Both the position numbers and the translations under genes were made by a program. Below, one piece after another: positions 1 through 13,500 of a DNA stretch of 64,000 nt. The number at the start of each line of letters is the position of its first letter. Within the stretch, counting starts at the first letter, position 1. The stretch is from Azolla caroliniana (Eukaryota > Plantae > Polypodiophyta): the NCBI GenBank assembly GCA_043228905.1, contig JBHGNT010000005.1, forward strand, positions 16,058,001 to 16,122,000. The letters run 5' to 3'. Below the pieces are notes generated by a model. It had not been told where the DNA came from and searched no databases. It saw only the letters and a program-made list of their open reading frames with translations.

Positions 1-915
1 TAAGTGAGATAGGTCTGGCTTCCTTCCATAGTATTTCTCATGTGGAGTGACTTCATGTATGCCGGGTGATGTGCATCAATTCATCAAGTAGACAGTCATA
101 CAAGCTGCTTTGGCCCAATATGACTTTGACATATGCTTCTCGTTCATCATGGCACATGCTACTTGAAGTATATGTCGATTCTTCATTTCGGCTAGTTCAT
201 TTCGTTGTGGTGTGTGCTGACACGTAAACTCTCGTTGTATTCCTTCTTTTTGGAGGTATGCAGTGAAGGCATTAGAGAAGTACTCTTTTCCCCTGTCTGA
301 CCAAAGACACTAAACATGGAGACTCATTTCTTTTTCTACTCGTTCTTGAACTTTTGGAAGTGTGAGAACACTTTTGGAAGATCCAAGTGTCCAAGGAGTA
401 GTCTTCAATGAAGGTTACATAGTAGCAACATCCATCAAATGTTGTCATTTGTGCCGGTCCCTAAACATCTGAGTGGATCATTACATCCAAGAGTCCTTTA
501 CTCATGTTTTTTTTCTTTTGGAAATGGGTGTCGATGTTGTCTGCCAAATTTGCATGCCTCACATACTCCATCGATTCCCTTTTCTTTGAAGGTTGGGAGT
601 CCGATGACAACTCCTTTTGATTGCAATCCCTTGAGTTTTTGGAGATTGATGTGGCGGATTCTCTTGTGCCACAACTCTATATCCGTGTCCACTTTGCGAA
701 TGAACATTTGGCCTTCTCTTCGTTCTTTAGCGATGAGTTGACCCTTCTTTTCGATGAAGCAACCTGTATTGTTAAATCGAACTTCCATGCCTTGCTCCAC
801 GATTTGGCTGACCGAGACCAAATTTTTCATTATGGTCAAAACATGCAGAACATTCTTAATGCAAGTCTTCTTACCTTTTTTCCCAAATGGGACATTGCCG
901 ACATGCCGAATGGGA
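1..915 (-). mobile_element. Degenerate Ty1/copia fragment (GAG-pre-integrase and integrase core)
   Basis: ORF 498-839 has KNLVSVSQ...LWHKRIRHIN...CEACKFGRQHRHPF (copia pre-integrase zinc-binding region); frameshifted integrase sequence (YYVTFIED-like) continues to the window start. Confidence 0.85.
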
Positions 916-925
916 TTACCAATAT

Positions 926-1374
926 AAAATACACCTAGTTACCAATATATTTTTTGATAACCACATATCTAAATGCCTTTACATATAAAATATACATGCA
1001 CACATAGTTTCCAATCCTAGAAGGGGTCAATGAACCTTTTTACAATTGATGACTCGCAAAATTATGAATGAACATTAAACATCATATGCAAATTCCTAGA
1101 AATGCTTCACCAAGTACCAAATAAATTGAAACTACAATGTGTAAAAAGATTAATAAAAATACACCTAATTACCAATAATTTTTTTGATAACCACCTATTT
1201 AAAACGCCCTTACATATCAAATATACATGCACATTGTTTCCAATCCTAGAAGGGATCAATGACCCTCTTTACAATTGATGACTCGCAAAATTATGAATGA
1301 ACATTAACATCATATGCAAATTCCTAGAAATGCTTCATCAAGTACAACATAAATTGAAAACACAATGTGTAAAG
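926..1374. repeat. Tandem duplication, ~230-bp period, AT-rich
   Basis: aaaatacacct...acaatgtgtaaa occurs at 926-1145 and again at 1156-1374. Confidence 0.9.
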
Positions 1375-1899
1375 TGCAAAGTAATGCACACACAACTACG
1401 AAACATTACCCAAAAACACAGAGGTATAACGTATATAAGCCACATATAAATTTATTTTTATATTTTATTGAGACATATGAAGAATATAAAGTGATAAAAA
1501 AGAATGTAATTTACAAAAAAAGCAATCTTAAACTTGTCATATATATCTCAAATAGCAGACATGGAACAATCCAAATACATATTAATAATGAAATTACTAA
1601 CAAATTAACATTATGTTTAGTTTCATGGATAGACTCATAAGAAGCCAAAACATTATTTTTTCTCAAACACATTGATCAAACAAATGACAACATATTTTAT
1701 ATTTCCATTTGAAATGTAAGATGGTATAGACATAAGATATCATTCATGCACATATTCTCACCAAATCAAAATAAAATAAAATCAATCATTTTGTTATTTC
1801 AATTTCTACTTAAAAAACTTATTACAATAAAGATTACCCTCATAAAGACTTGTTATAATGCCATGCACTATTTTTTTATTTCCATAAATCTTAGCCACA

Positions 1900-2900
1900 T
1901 CTAGAAATATATATTCATGGACCCCTAGAAGGAATTTAGTGCCTTCCGTTCAACTCTCTTTGTAGTGCTTAATGATGGTCCACCTAAATTTTTAGAAACA
2001 ATGTTGTGTAATCTTGGTCCACCCCACATTTTAATCATGACAAAAATTGCCTTAAATTTGTCTTTAAATCATTGTTCATGTTTCTTTCGAGTAAGCTTTT
2101 GTGCAACATCTATCTGAAGAAATCCTATAATGCATACTTTCCACCAAATTTTCCAGCTTTATGAGCCTCAATAATGTTATTACAAAATCTTCGAACATTC
2201 TTTTGTTCCACATTCTCAAGAGATGCTTCCTTGAGAGTCATTACCTTTACTGATAACATTGCAACTTTGCAAACTAGCCACTATATTTTTCTATGAGCGT
2301 GATGGATGGTTTGCTTAGAACTATAAATTTCCTTTCTTGTCCCTTCTTGAGTAAGATAATCTACTCCCTCCCCAGTTCCTTGATTACCTCTTTTGACTTT
2401 AGCCTTATGCTCCCTATACACCCTCCTCATACGGAAATCATTACATTTTGGAATTTCATAACATTTTTCGCATGCAAGATAATAAAAGGGTTCTTCAATC
2501 TTTGATACTCTTTTACAATCAAAATGGTGTAAAAATCCATCAATAACACACTCTTGCATCTCATACATCACAACAACTTCGGTGTAAGGCTCAGAGAACC
2601 ATAAGGCTTCATGATTTTGATCGATGAGAAACGATTTTACATGTATTTCTTCATCATTTATTATTAGGGTGTTATGCCAATATCTCCAACACAATAGTGA
2701 CAAACCAAAATAATGTGGAGTAGAGAACTCGCATTCTAGACTAGACAAAGTCTGCAAGGTTGACACAAGAAATGTGTTCAAGGTTTGTTGATTTGAAGGC
2801 AAAGCTTCTTGTTTTCGTGGACGACATGGAAATCCACTCATTATTGGTGTACAAGCATGTCGAACCATCTCCATTGCCTTTTGATGGGTCTTGGATTGTA
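1900..2900 (-). pseudogene. Frameshifted relic of an uncharacterised protein, possibly the N-terminal part of a P-element/THAP9-like DNA transposase
   Basis: ORF 2281-2982 (Cys-rich YYLACEKC) continues across stops and frameshifts into NIIEAHKAGKFGGKYAL*DFF...MIKMWGGPRLHNIVSKNLGGPSLSTTKR; bounded by the copia LTR at 2901. Confidence 0.35.
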
Positions 2901-2994
2901 TGTTGTAAAAGAATATGAACGTGTGCGTACAACACAGAGCATAGTTCGGAAGTATGACAGTTCGGTAAAACATAGAAAACACAGAGATGGAGAT

Positions 2995-3031
<37 letters not shown>

Positions 3032-3256
3032 AGAATAGTAAAAAGTCAGGTTCAAAATAATGACTCTCTGTCTGTACATACTTCGTGCTCAGTGAGCACC
3101 TTTTATACAAGCCCTAACTACACTTACTCCCAAAACTATTCCTTATGAGGAATATCATTCTTACGGCCTCTCGGTGTCTGCACCGTTACGGCCATGTTGT
3201 GCATAACTATTTTACGCACCCGATTACGCACCGAATATTGAGCTTGTCTCTCAACA
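2901..3256 (-). repeat. 3' LTR of copia A
   Basis: tgttg...caaca termini; adjacent PPT; shares the tataaaa-gtgctcactgagcac block with the LTR starting at 36800; contains (GA)n. Confidence 0.75.
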
Positions 3257-3995
3257 CTCCCCCTGAAGCTCAACTTGAGGTCGCATCCACTCTTCCGGAT
3301 CTTGGCTCCGGCCTCTTCTGGCTTCACGCCTCGCTCACACTCCTCGACCCGTTCGATTCCGCGCGCTTCGATACTTCCGATCGGCTTGTCTACTCATGTG
3401 GCCCTTCTCAGCTTCCTTGCTGCCGCGGTGTTGGCACCTCTTCCGCTGCCCTTTTCTCCGCATGACCTTCAATCGATTCGTAATGCCGGAATCGAACCTT
3501 TCGATTGAATCGAACCCTTCCGATTCAATTACATTTTCACCCGAATTGGCTGTCTCCAATTCGTCTTTTGTTTTTAGGCCTTTGACAATATCAGACCAGG
3601 TCTTGGTCTTGGTCTTATCTCCCCTTGATTCGGTTGTCCTCGGCTCTTTCCTGTGATTATGTCCCTTTCTCTCTTCTTCGGCTTCTTCAGCCGGTCCGAA
3701 ATCGAATTCTTCATCCGACTCTGCATCACGGTCACTTCCGTCATGATGATCACCTCCACTCCTTTCACTCTCTTGTTCCTGTCTCAACGTGTTGAGGTGA
3801 CGCAACCCCAGCTCACCTGAGAAATGCCGCAACTTGTCGAGACCAAGAGGTTTGGTGAAGATGTCGGCAATCTGCCGACCCGTTGTCGCGTTGTTACGCG
3901 CATGCGTGTGGAAGGGGCGGGACCACGGGGGTCTCAGACGAGGGAGAAAGGGAGTTCAGGAAACCGACTCCGGACACGTACCAGATGCTACCGAA

Positions 3996-4044
<49 letters not shown>

Positions 4045-5535
4045 GCGCAACACCGACTCTTATGTGCAGAAACCAAAAGGGGTAGAAACACTCGACACCA
4101 TCAGAGACGCAAAAGTGCACAACCAAACATATATATCTATTACAAGAGAATATTACAACCCCGGCTCCGAGCAGGACCAAGGTAGGTTACAATAGCAGTC
4201 TACTATCAAGCCGCCGATTGGGGAGCTTACGGGCTTGTCGCGCCAAGCGGGGTCTTGCACAGGAGACCGAGCAGAAGCAAACCCTAAACAAACACGAACT
4301 CTCAACCCTCATGACGAGGAAGAAGAAGAAGAAACTTACCAAGTTAAAACCGCCTAACCCTAATCTAATGGTATACCCCCTAACACAAAAATGGGCAACC
4401 CTTCTACAAGGGACCATCCCTTCCTTTCATAGAACAAGGAGAGAGATGCATTACAATGTGGGATAAATCCCGATTTACATGGGATTCTTTGTCCCGACTT
4501 GACTCCTACTCAGCGCCATAAAGGCACCCCTATTATTCACACGTTTACACAAGGGTGAGTACACATGATGCACTCCGTCGATTCTCCCAATATTCTCTAA
4601 TTCCGCCTAGGGACAGTTTTCTCCACGACATCCGCCCCCACCTAACCGCGCATCCACCGGTATGCGCCAAACTAAACTCTTGCCAGAGAAGACCGACCCG
4701 CGCTTACCCTTCGTCCTCCGGATAGCCATTCGCTCCGAACCGGTCGTCCTCGCTATCCAAGTTGTTATTGTTGGCCCCTTGCTCGACCGTATGCACGCTC
4801 CGCTTGAGGAACACCCGTCGTGGCCCGCTTGCGTCAGTCGATCGTCCGTGTGATCCCGGTTGTCGTCCCTTGTGGTCGCCCATCACCTTCGTCCCCTCAC
4901 CGCCACCTTCCTTCTCCTTGGACTTACGTTGCCACGTCGGCTCGGACTGCCAAGGCCTCCGGAACCGATGTGGAGGATCCCTCTCCGGCCTTCTACCCGA
5001 TATCTCCTGATCCGGCAACCATCCGTCGTGCGCGTACTTTCTTTTCGACACCTCCTTGTCCGGCACCGTCTGTACCGAACATTCTCTCGTACTCGTGCTT
5101 TGCTTTGGCCCTCAATTGCCACACGCATGTCTTCTGTTCCGCTTTCGGGTGTGCCCTTTCCGGCTCGGCACACTGCTCCTTAACCGGGTGTCCCCGATAG
5201 CTCACTGGAAGATCACCCTTGTCGCGTCCTAGCCCGCATGGCCTCCTTCTTTCACGTAACGCCTTGGTTGGTCGGTGCCCCTACTGTTGCCGCCTTTGTC
5301 CCCTTGCCGCCACCTTCCATTACCCTCGGTCTCACATTGCCATGTCGGCCGAACAACCGGGGTCTCCGGGCAGGTGTGAAGAATCCTTCTCAGGCCTCCG
5401 TTTTGTTAGGTCACCAACTCATGTACGAAGCGTGTCTGATCTTTGTCTTGCCGACCTTGCCTGTCGGGTCCGTGTTCGGTTCGTGGACGCCTCGCCGGCC
5501 TCATTCCTCCTTTCGCTCTGCTTTCTGTCGTCCGA

Positions 5536-6530
5536 TCACGTTCACCTGCCGCCATCGTCCCTTCCTATAGGACTCATGCCGGCACTCAGGCCGACCGTCG
5601 GATCGGTGTGAGGATCTTCGTGGGACCTCCCCTTCTGCCTTCGATTGCCCGCCTTGCAGCCGCCACAGTTCCTTACTCTATGTCTCACGTGGGCTCTCGG
5701 GCCAACCGCCGGAGTCTCTTGAACCGGTGTGTGTAAGGTCGCAGCTAACCGCTTGCAGTTTTCCCGACCTTCGTGTTGGCATCTTCTGCTGGTCACGTTC
5801 ACCTGCCGCCACCGATCTCTGCTATAGGACTCACGTCGGCACTCGGGCCGACCGCCGGATCAATGAGAGGAACTTCGTGGGACCTCCCCTTCTGCCTTTG
5901 GTTGCCCGCCTTGCCGCCGCCACCATTCCTTACTCTAGGTCTCACATGGACTCTCGGGCCAACCGCCAGAGTCTCTTGAACCGATGTGTGTAAGGTCACA
6001 GCTAACCGCTTGCCGTTTTCCAGACCTTCGTGTCGGCATCTTTTGCTGGTCACGTTCACCTACCGCCACCGATCTCTCCTATAGGACTCGCGTCGGCACT
6101 CGGGCCGACCGTCGGATCGGTGGGAGGATCTTCGTGGGACCTCCCCTTCTGCCTTCGGTTGCCCGCCTTGCCGCCGCCACCGTTCCTTACTCTAGGTCTC
6201 ACATGGGCTCCCGGGCTGACCGTCAGAGTCTCTTGAACCGGTGTGTGTAAGGTCGCAGCTAACCACTTGCCGTTTTCCCGACCTTCGCGTCAACATCTTT
6301 TGCTGGTCACGTTCACCTGCCGCCACCGATCTCTCCTATAGGACTCACGTCGGCACTCAGGCTGACCGCCCGATCGGTGTGATGATCTCCGTAGACCGCC
6401 CATCTACCATCTCTGTCCAATCACGTTCACCTGCCGCCACCGTCCCTTCCTATAGGACTCACACCGGCACTTGGGCCGACCGCTGGCTCGGTGTGAGGAT
6501 CTTCGTGGGACCTCCCCTTCTGCCTTCATT
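5536..6530. repeat. 257-bp tandem repeat (3 full units plus partial units) inside gag-only element 1
   Basis: tcacgttcacct starts at 5536, 5793, 6050, 6307 and 6421; near-identical 86-aa ORFs in successive units. Confidence 0.95.
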
Positions 6531-6904
6531 GCCTTCGTCCCCTCGCCGCCACCGTTCATCACTCTCGGGCCGACTGCCGGAGTCTCTAGAACCAGTGTGA
6601 AGGATCCTCGTCAGGCTCGTTCCACACCCTCTATCATCTTCTTCCCGATTCCCGACCTTTGGCCAATCGGTTTTTCTCCCCATGTAAAAGAGGGCGGCTC
6701 ATTCCGCACCCTCATGCCGATTCTGGCCCCGGTCGAACAATGCACGACCGGATCGCGCTACACCCGAATCGGAGCGCCGCGCGGTTCTATCCCCGGTCGG
6801 GTCGTTTCTTGGTTGCTTCGTCGACCTCTTCGCGGGCCATTTCCCATCCATCTTCACTGGCATCATGCCAGGACTCCTCGATACCGTCATCCATCTCCTC
6901 GGTC

Positions 6905-8166
6905 TCACATGAGTGTAAGGGCCCGAATGCCGAGTTCTCCGGATTTGGTCCCGAGGGCTCTTGTTCGTTCCTTTCCCCGTATCATCTTGCCGGTGATTCT
7001 CGGTCTCACGCCACCACCTTCCTCCTCTTGGGACTCATGTGGGCACTCGGGCCCGACTGCCATCGTCTCGGGAGCAAGTGTGGGGAGACGCGAAGAATCG
7101 CCTATTCGTTTTACGCCCTTGTCTGTAACTGGCTCCTCGTGGTCGGTGGTCGTCTTCTTACCGATCGCGCAAGCCCTACCTAGGCTTGCTTCTCCTATGT
7201 CTGGAGTTTCGGGATGACGTTCCCGAAACCGCCGGTTCCAACGTTCCAATTCTACGATCGGTATCTCGGCCTCGTCCACGGCCGTTCTATCTCCACAAGT
7301 CGAGAGGGCATTTTGTTTCGCACCCTCTCTCATGGGATCGTCGTACAGATCTCCTGCCATCCTGTGGGGCAAGTCTGCCTCCCCGGCGTCGGCTCGCGGT
7401 CTCGATCTTTCCTCTTCCTCGAGCATTGCCTCGAGAGCCGCGTACGCCTCCGCAATCCTGGCCCCAAAGTCGAGCCTTGCCGACTCTCTTTTCCGTTCGG
7501 CCTCTTCCCGCTGTGATGGCGCACCGTCGCGCGCCTTCCTCCTGGCCTTCTCGGTCCGCTCGTCATCTAGCCGTTGGCATACCCTCCGACCTTCGACCAA
7601 TCCTCCGTAAGGCCATTCGCTCTGTCCTCGTCTTCGAGCTCAATCCCGATGGCCTCCCGTTCTACTCGGTTGATCGACCTGACAAACAACACGACATTGT
7701 CCACCCCCACCAAACCTTGTTCCCACTCCGGGAGCCGAGCAAGCCGCCACTCAAACTCTCGGAACGCCTTCATTACACCCCGGTGGGTCTTCGCCGATGC
7801 AACCCACTGGTCGAAGTCGTGGCATCCCCGACTGTTCCTCCGTCCTCCATATGCTTGCAGGAGTGTCTCTTCAAAGGCCTCCCACGAACTATGAGCTTCT
7901 CGGAGCTCCTTCACTTCCGCATGCATACGGATAGCGACGGCCTGACAGAAGAATTCCAACCTCAACGCCTCGTCCACGTCTCGCTCCTCCATTTCCACGT
8001 TGTAGGCTTCCAAGTAGAATGGGACCTTGTCCCCGTTTAAACGACCGACTCTTTCGACCACTCACTCAAACGCTTGATGCGCCAACTCTCGTCTTGTTGT
8101 TGCTCATCCAAACTCCCTCACCGCTTCGACAAAAAGTTGCACGAAGTCATCTTCTTCCAACTCCAT
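6905..8166 (-). pseudogene. Gag-like ORF of element 1 (stops and a frameshift)
   Basis: ATG just downstream of the PBS; GRLNGDKVPFYLEAY...SSWEAFEETLLQAY...ELEDEDRANGLTEDWSKV; homologous to 18108-18740. Confidence 0.7.
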
Positions 8167-8184
8167 TCTCCCTTGCCTCCCTTT

Positions 8185-8199
8185 ACGTCGGGTTCACCA
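8185..8199 (-). promoter_or_regulatory. Primer-binding site complementary to the tRNA-Trp 3' end
   Basis: Minus strand TGGTGAACCCGACGT 4 nt after the 5' LTR; plant tRNA-Trp ends ...CACGTCGGGTTCACCA (recalled, not searched). Confidence 0.85.
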
Positions 8200-10081
8200 A
8201 ATATGTCGCGTTGTTATGTGTGTGCGTGTGGAAGGGGTGGGACCACGGGGGTCTCGAACGAGGGAGAAAGTTAGTTCAGGAAACCGACTCCGGACACATA
8301 CCAGAGGCTACCGAACACGAGAGAGAGAGAAAGAGAGATTGCGCGCAACACCGACTCTTATGTGCCGAAACCAAAAGGGGTAAAAACACCCGACACCATC
8401 AGAGACGCAGAAGTGCACAACCAAACATATATATCTATTACAAGAGAAGATTACAACCCTGGCTCCGAGCCGAACCAAGGTAGGTTACAACAGCAGTCTG
8501 CTACCAAGCCGCCGACGGGGAGCTCATGAGCTTGTCATGCCAAGCGGGGTCTTGCACAGGAGATCGAGTAGAAGCAAACCCTAAACAAACACGAACTCTC
8601 AACCCTCATGACGAGGAAGAAGAAGAAGAAACTTACCAAGTTAAAACCGCCTAACCCTAATCTAATGGTATACCCCCTAACACAAAAATGGGCAACCCTT
8701 CTACAAGGGACCATCCCTTCCTTTTATAGAACAAGGAGAGAGATGCGTTATAATGTGGGATAAATCCCGATTTACATGGGATTCTTTGTCCCGACTTGAC
8801 TCCTACTCGGTGCCATAAAGGCACGTTTACACAAGGGTGAGTACACCTGATGCACTCTGTCGATTCTCCCGATATTCTTTGATTCCGCCTAGGGACGGTT
8901 TTCTCCACGATACCGTCGGAACATACGCTAGTTTGACTTCACCTTAAAGGACCCGCTCATGGACAAAATGGTAGTGCACCTTAATGTGCTTGGTCCGAGC
9001 GTGGAACACAGGGTTTTTTGCAAGATAGATACTGCTAAGGTTTTTGCAATAGATCGGCGTCGAATCAGACACCTCCACATGCAGATCTCGTAATAGCCGT
9101 TTTAGCCAAATGACTTCGCACATAGTGACAATCGCCCCTCGATATTCGGCCTCCGTGCTTGACAATGCTACTGTCAACTGCTTTTTACTCCTCCATGTGA
9201 TCGCCACACTTCCTAATGAGAAGGCGTATCTGGATGTGGATCTACGATCATTGGCGTTTCCCGGCCCAATCGGCATCCATGTAGCCAACTAACTGTTCGA
9301 CTACGCCTGCTCAATATAACAAGGTCATGTCTTTCGTGCCGCTGACATATCACAATATCCTTTGAGGGCACTGAAAGTGTTTGGCCATAGGCTTCGACAT
9401 AAACTAACTGATCAAGCCGACCGGGTAACTGAGATCCGGTCGAGTAATCGTCAAGTAAATGAGGATTACGACAATCTATCAGAACTGTGTCGGGTCGCAC
9501 GCCTTTCCCGAATCTCGGCGAACCTTTACGTTTCTATCCAGAGGGGTCGAGATGGGCTTACAGTTTTCCATCCCAAACTTGAAGAGCATATTCAACACGT
9601 AATGATGTTGGCTCATCAATATGCCTTCGGGGGCGCGGATCACTTTGATCCCAAGGCAGTAATGAAGGTCTCCAAGATCCTTCATTTTGAATGATGTCGC
9701 AAGCTGAGACTTTACACGACGGATTTTGTCCAGGTTGGCACCGGCGATGACTAAATCATCAACATACAGTAGAAGGCTAACCGATCCATGGTGACCTTGT
9801 TGAACAAATAGTTAAGAATCTGATTTCAACGTTGTAAACCCCATCTTACGCAACCGTTGCATAATCTTTGCATTCCAGGCTCGCGGGGCTTGCTTAAGTC
9901 TGTAGAGTGACTTCTTCAATCGACAAACTACCAAAGTGTTTTGTTCGGATAGAAATCCGAGGGGCTATACCATGTACACCTGTTCCTCAAGATCACCTTC
10001 CAGGAACGCGTTCTTTACATCCATTTGATGTAAGAGCCATCCCTTCGCTGCCGCTACGGTGAGCAAAACACACACGGCAGT

Positions 10082-10520
10082 TGTTGTCCGCCGAAATAGT
10101 AACCGACGGCCAAAAGCGTAGGAATAAGAAACTATATAAGCATAACATATGTAACGGTTCACGCGGGAAGCGTGAACGGCTAATTAGACCTTGCATATAT
10201 AAAGGGTAGAAAACCTCTTATGGAGGTGCGTGTAAATTTTGGGAAATGTAAAAGAACGCTTGATAATAGAATACTATCTTCTCTGAGTTTCTGTGTATAG
10301 TTGCGGCTAATTCGGTGTGTGTGTCTCGGATACGTAAGCGTAGTAGTACGTAAGTGTAACCTTTGATAAGGATTCGGTTGTAGCCGTCTTCCCTTACACG
10401 TGAAGGAATTACAGAGGTTCTCTCCTTACGCAGTACGCTTGAGCTCTGTTCGTTGTTCCACACCCACCTTGGGGTCTAGGTCGAAGGACTAACCACGGAC
10501 CGTGTTCCTAAGAGGCAACA
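10082..10520 (+). repeat. 5' LTR of the Athila-like gypsy
   Basis: TG...CA termini with a 6/7 inverted match, followed by the PBS; left boundary uncertain by ~3 bp. Confidence 0.7.
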
Positions 10521-13500
10521 CTTTTGGCACGCTTGGTGATCTGTGTTTCCTCACAGACGAGCAACAACGAATGGATGTTTAGCCGCAGACAACCTAGAGA
10601 ACCAACAAGACAAGACCGGTCAATAACAAGGTCAGTCACACGCCAGACAGAAGAACGCGCCCGGCAAAAGCCGCGCATCGGCGACCTCAGTACTACCTGC
10701 CAGGAGTGCAAAGGGGATTCCTTGCTCCCCAAATACCTCGATGAGACGAGGGGACTATGCTCACCGCAACCACCTGGTGACCTTTTCTGATCCGTCGTAG
10801 CTCCCACAATGGCCTTTGCCTACCCCCGATTTAACGGCGAAACCGACGCCGCAACTCATATTCGCATGTTCTTGAACGTTTGGAATGCGAACCACATGGC
10901 GCAGAATCTCTCCGAGACGTTGGCACACTAGTCGAAAATGACGGAGTTCGGATTAACATTAGATGGGCGTACGACGTTCTGGCATTCATAGATGGACTTA
11001 CCAGCCATAACAACCTTCGATCAGCTAGAGTCCGCCTTCTTGCGATTCTTCCACCGAAGGGTTCCACAAAGCGAGATTCTTGGGCAGTTTTATACAATTA
11101 AGCAACTACCGATCGAGATGATAGCAGACTTCAGCTTACATTTTCAAAATTTACGACGGAAACTGGATCGAAGCCCCGCGGAGGAGGAGGCTCGGGAGAC
11201 ATTCCTGGCAGTGTTACGCCGGCCTATCCGGGCCACGCTCAACAACAATAGCGTGAAAGGGGAAACGACGAATATGGTGATTGAACGAGCATTACAGCTC
11301 GAGTTGGATGACGAGGAGGAGAGGTTTTCGATGTCATCCTTACGACAAGCGTTACCTCAGGATGAGGAAGGCCAATTTCGTCAAGCAATCCAGTGCACGA
11401 TTTGCTTGAACTCGGAGCAATATGCGAATCCACTGCCCAATCTGCCACTCGAAGGTTCACACAGTCGACCAATGCGAGTACAATATGTTAAACAGAGCCA
11501 CTCCTGCGGTCCGTAGCATGGACACACAGCGTCAACCACACCGGGCGAAACAAAGGAGGCAAAAGACCGACCCCGGTATAAGGATCGCAACACACGGGAG
11601 GACCGATACAACCGGAATCGCCAGAATCGCCAGAATCACAACGAGTTCGAGGAGGACGACCCGGAGGACGACCCGGAGTTACGCCAAAGGGGGTCGGCGA
11701 TACGAACATCAACGCCCGACAAACAAACGGGGCGGTTTCAATGGCTATCGGGGTAAGCCTCGACAATGTAGGGATCACCAGCGTTACGACGAAAGCTTGG
11801 GGAATGAGAGGCACCAGGAACAACGACGGGACCAACAGCATCCACCGTGTACGTTCCGACAAACGAGGCCGGACCGCGAAGAGCAAGTAGCGCCCGGAGA
11901 GCGGCACACTCCACTTGGGGCTGAGAAGGGAGAATCAAGCATCCATTGTTTAATTTGTCAGCAACCCGGACACTATGCCACACAATGCCCAACACGCAAG
12001 GGAAAGGGGCTCGCCGTCAACACGATTACGGCAGAGGTGCAACAAGTCACAACACGCCAGCAAACGAAAACAGCGGATTGGGCTACGTAGGACGAGGTAC
12101 GACGACAAGCCCAAGCCTAGGTGGAAAAAGCAAACGCGACCAATACGGAACGTATGAGGCAGGAGTCCGCGAACACAATGGAGCGAACAGAGAACGAAAA
12201 ACCGGAGCCGGACCCCATTTGGCAGGTGTTAGCAGGCTGTGAAATCACATTAACAATGGAAAAACTGGTACAGCTAGTTCCACGTTTCCAATAGACCATG
12301 CAAGCACAGGTGGCGGGCATGACCGGAGCGAGCATTGCCACAAACCTCATAGACGTCAGCGAGGGACCACTAGTGGTGGATCAACACAACCCGGCCATTA
12401 TAGTAATATTGCACGGACAGGAAGTTCCTGGATGCATAATCGACGGCGGCTCAGGCGTCAATGTGATTAGCACGAAAACTTGCGAACAGTTGGGCATTTT
12501 CGAATGGGAGGCGTGTCCATTCTGGCTTCGCATGGCAGATACCCGATCAGTGCGACCGTTAGGGCTAATTCGCAAAATAGGCATCATCGTGGGTGGACAC
12601 CGCTTCGACATATCGGCGGTCGTCCTCGCTTTGGACGCCCCAGGAGCATACCCAGTGCTTCTGGGTAGACCATGGCTTCGGACAGCAAATATCAAGCAGA
12701 GCTAGCAACACGAGTGTATCAGTTTCCGGCATGGACGCACCAAGGTTCGTGTACCTACGGAAGGCAACACGCCACAACCTAAGGGTATAACACCGTTATA
12801 TGCAGAAGACATGAATATGCTGGCTGGGGTGGAGGATGCCGAATTAGAAGCGTACCTTGACGAACATCCTCAGATTATTCCGCTGTTCGAAATAGATGTC
12901 ATCGCAACTGCGGCAGAATATACTACGACCATTGTTCCGAATGAAGAGCCGTACGAACCAAACCCAGAGTCCATATTGGAACTCAGCAAAGCACGGGCGG
13001 CCTTCGAAAGGGAAATGGAGATTTCACGACGATTCACCGCTTCCGCTCTCGACGAAGTGAATGTGGGTACGGGATCAGAACCCCGGTTCCTCTCCATAGC
13101 AAAAGAATTGAGGCCGGACCAGAGAACCACAATGATCACACTACTCACGGAATATAAAGATGTGTTCGTGTGGGCTCACGAGGACATGAAGGGGTTAGAT
13201 CCCAAGTTCTATCAGCATAAGATCAATTTAGCAACGGACGCGAAACCTGTCCAGCAACGCCGCTACCGCATGAACCCCAATTACGCGACCGTGTAAAAGA
13301 AGAAATTGACAACCTGCTGAGGACGGGGTTCATACGGCCAGTTAAACAAGCGACATGGCTTAGCCCGATAGTGGTTGGCCCAAAGAAAAACGGCAAAATA
13401 CGGGTATGCGTGGATTACCGAAAATTAAACGTCGTAACCATTACGGACGCATTTCCCTTACCCTTCATCGATAGCGTGCTGGACGCCGTCGCAGGCCATG

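Larger units (their letters stand above)
3884..8912 (-). mobile_element. Non-autonomous gag-only LTR retrotransposon, copy 1 (LTRs 3884-4630 and 8204-8912)
   Basis: Direct repeats TGTCGCG...CCACGACA (right copy ends CCACGATA); 4-bp TSD CCGT at 3880-3883 and 8913-8916; tRNA-Trp PBS 8185-8199; PPT-like tract 4631-4642; gag-like ORF but no PR/RT/RH/IN motifs. Confidence 0.92.
2901..10081 (-). mobile_element. Ty1/copia element A (3' half: RT, RNase H, C-terminal extension, PPT, 3' LTR), interrupted by an insertion at 3884-8912 and truncated by a gypsy LTR at 10082
   Basis: RT/RH motifs [36 protein letters not shown]; removing the insert restores YVPTGRQIADIFTKPL; PPT (ctccccct) at 3257-3264. Confidence 0.9.

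Noticed and set aside
2430-2500. FYYLACEKC as an RPA70 C-terminal zinc ribbon (Helitron-associated)
   Set aside because: The second CxxC and OB-fold motifs are not evident, and no Rep or helicase sequence is nearby
2741-4195. ORFs with SLSLSL or RERERE runs
   Set aside because: Translations of (GA)n microsatellites inside LTRs
5536-6530. Tandem array as a CRISPR array or retrozyme
   Set aside because: No unique spacers, eukaryotic context, and no hammerhead core (CUGANGA...GAAA) recognised by eye
4660-8060. Many overlapping ORFs on both strands, including repeated 86-88-aa ORFs
   Set aside because: Expected in GC-rich repeats; the 257-bp period breaks frame and no domain is recognisable apart from the gag-like ORF
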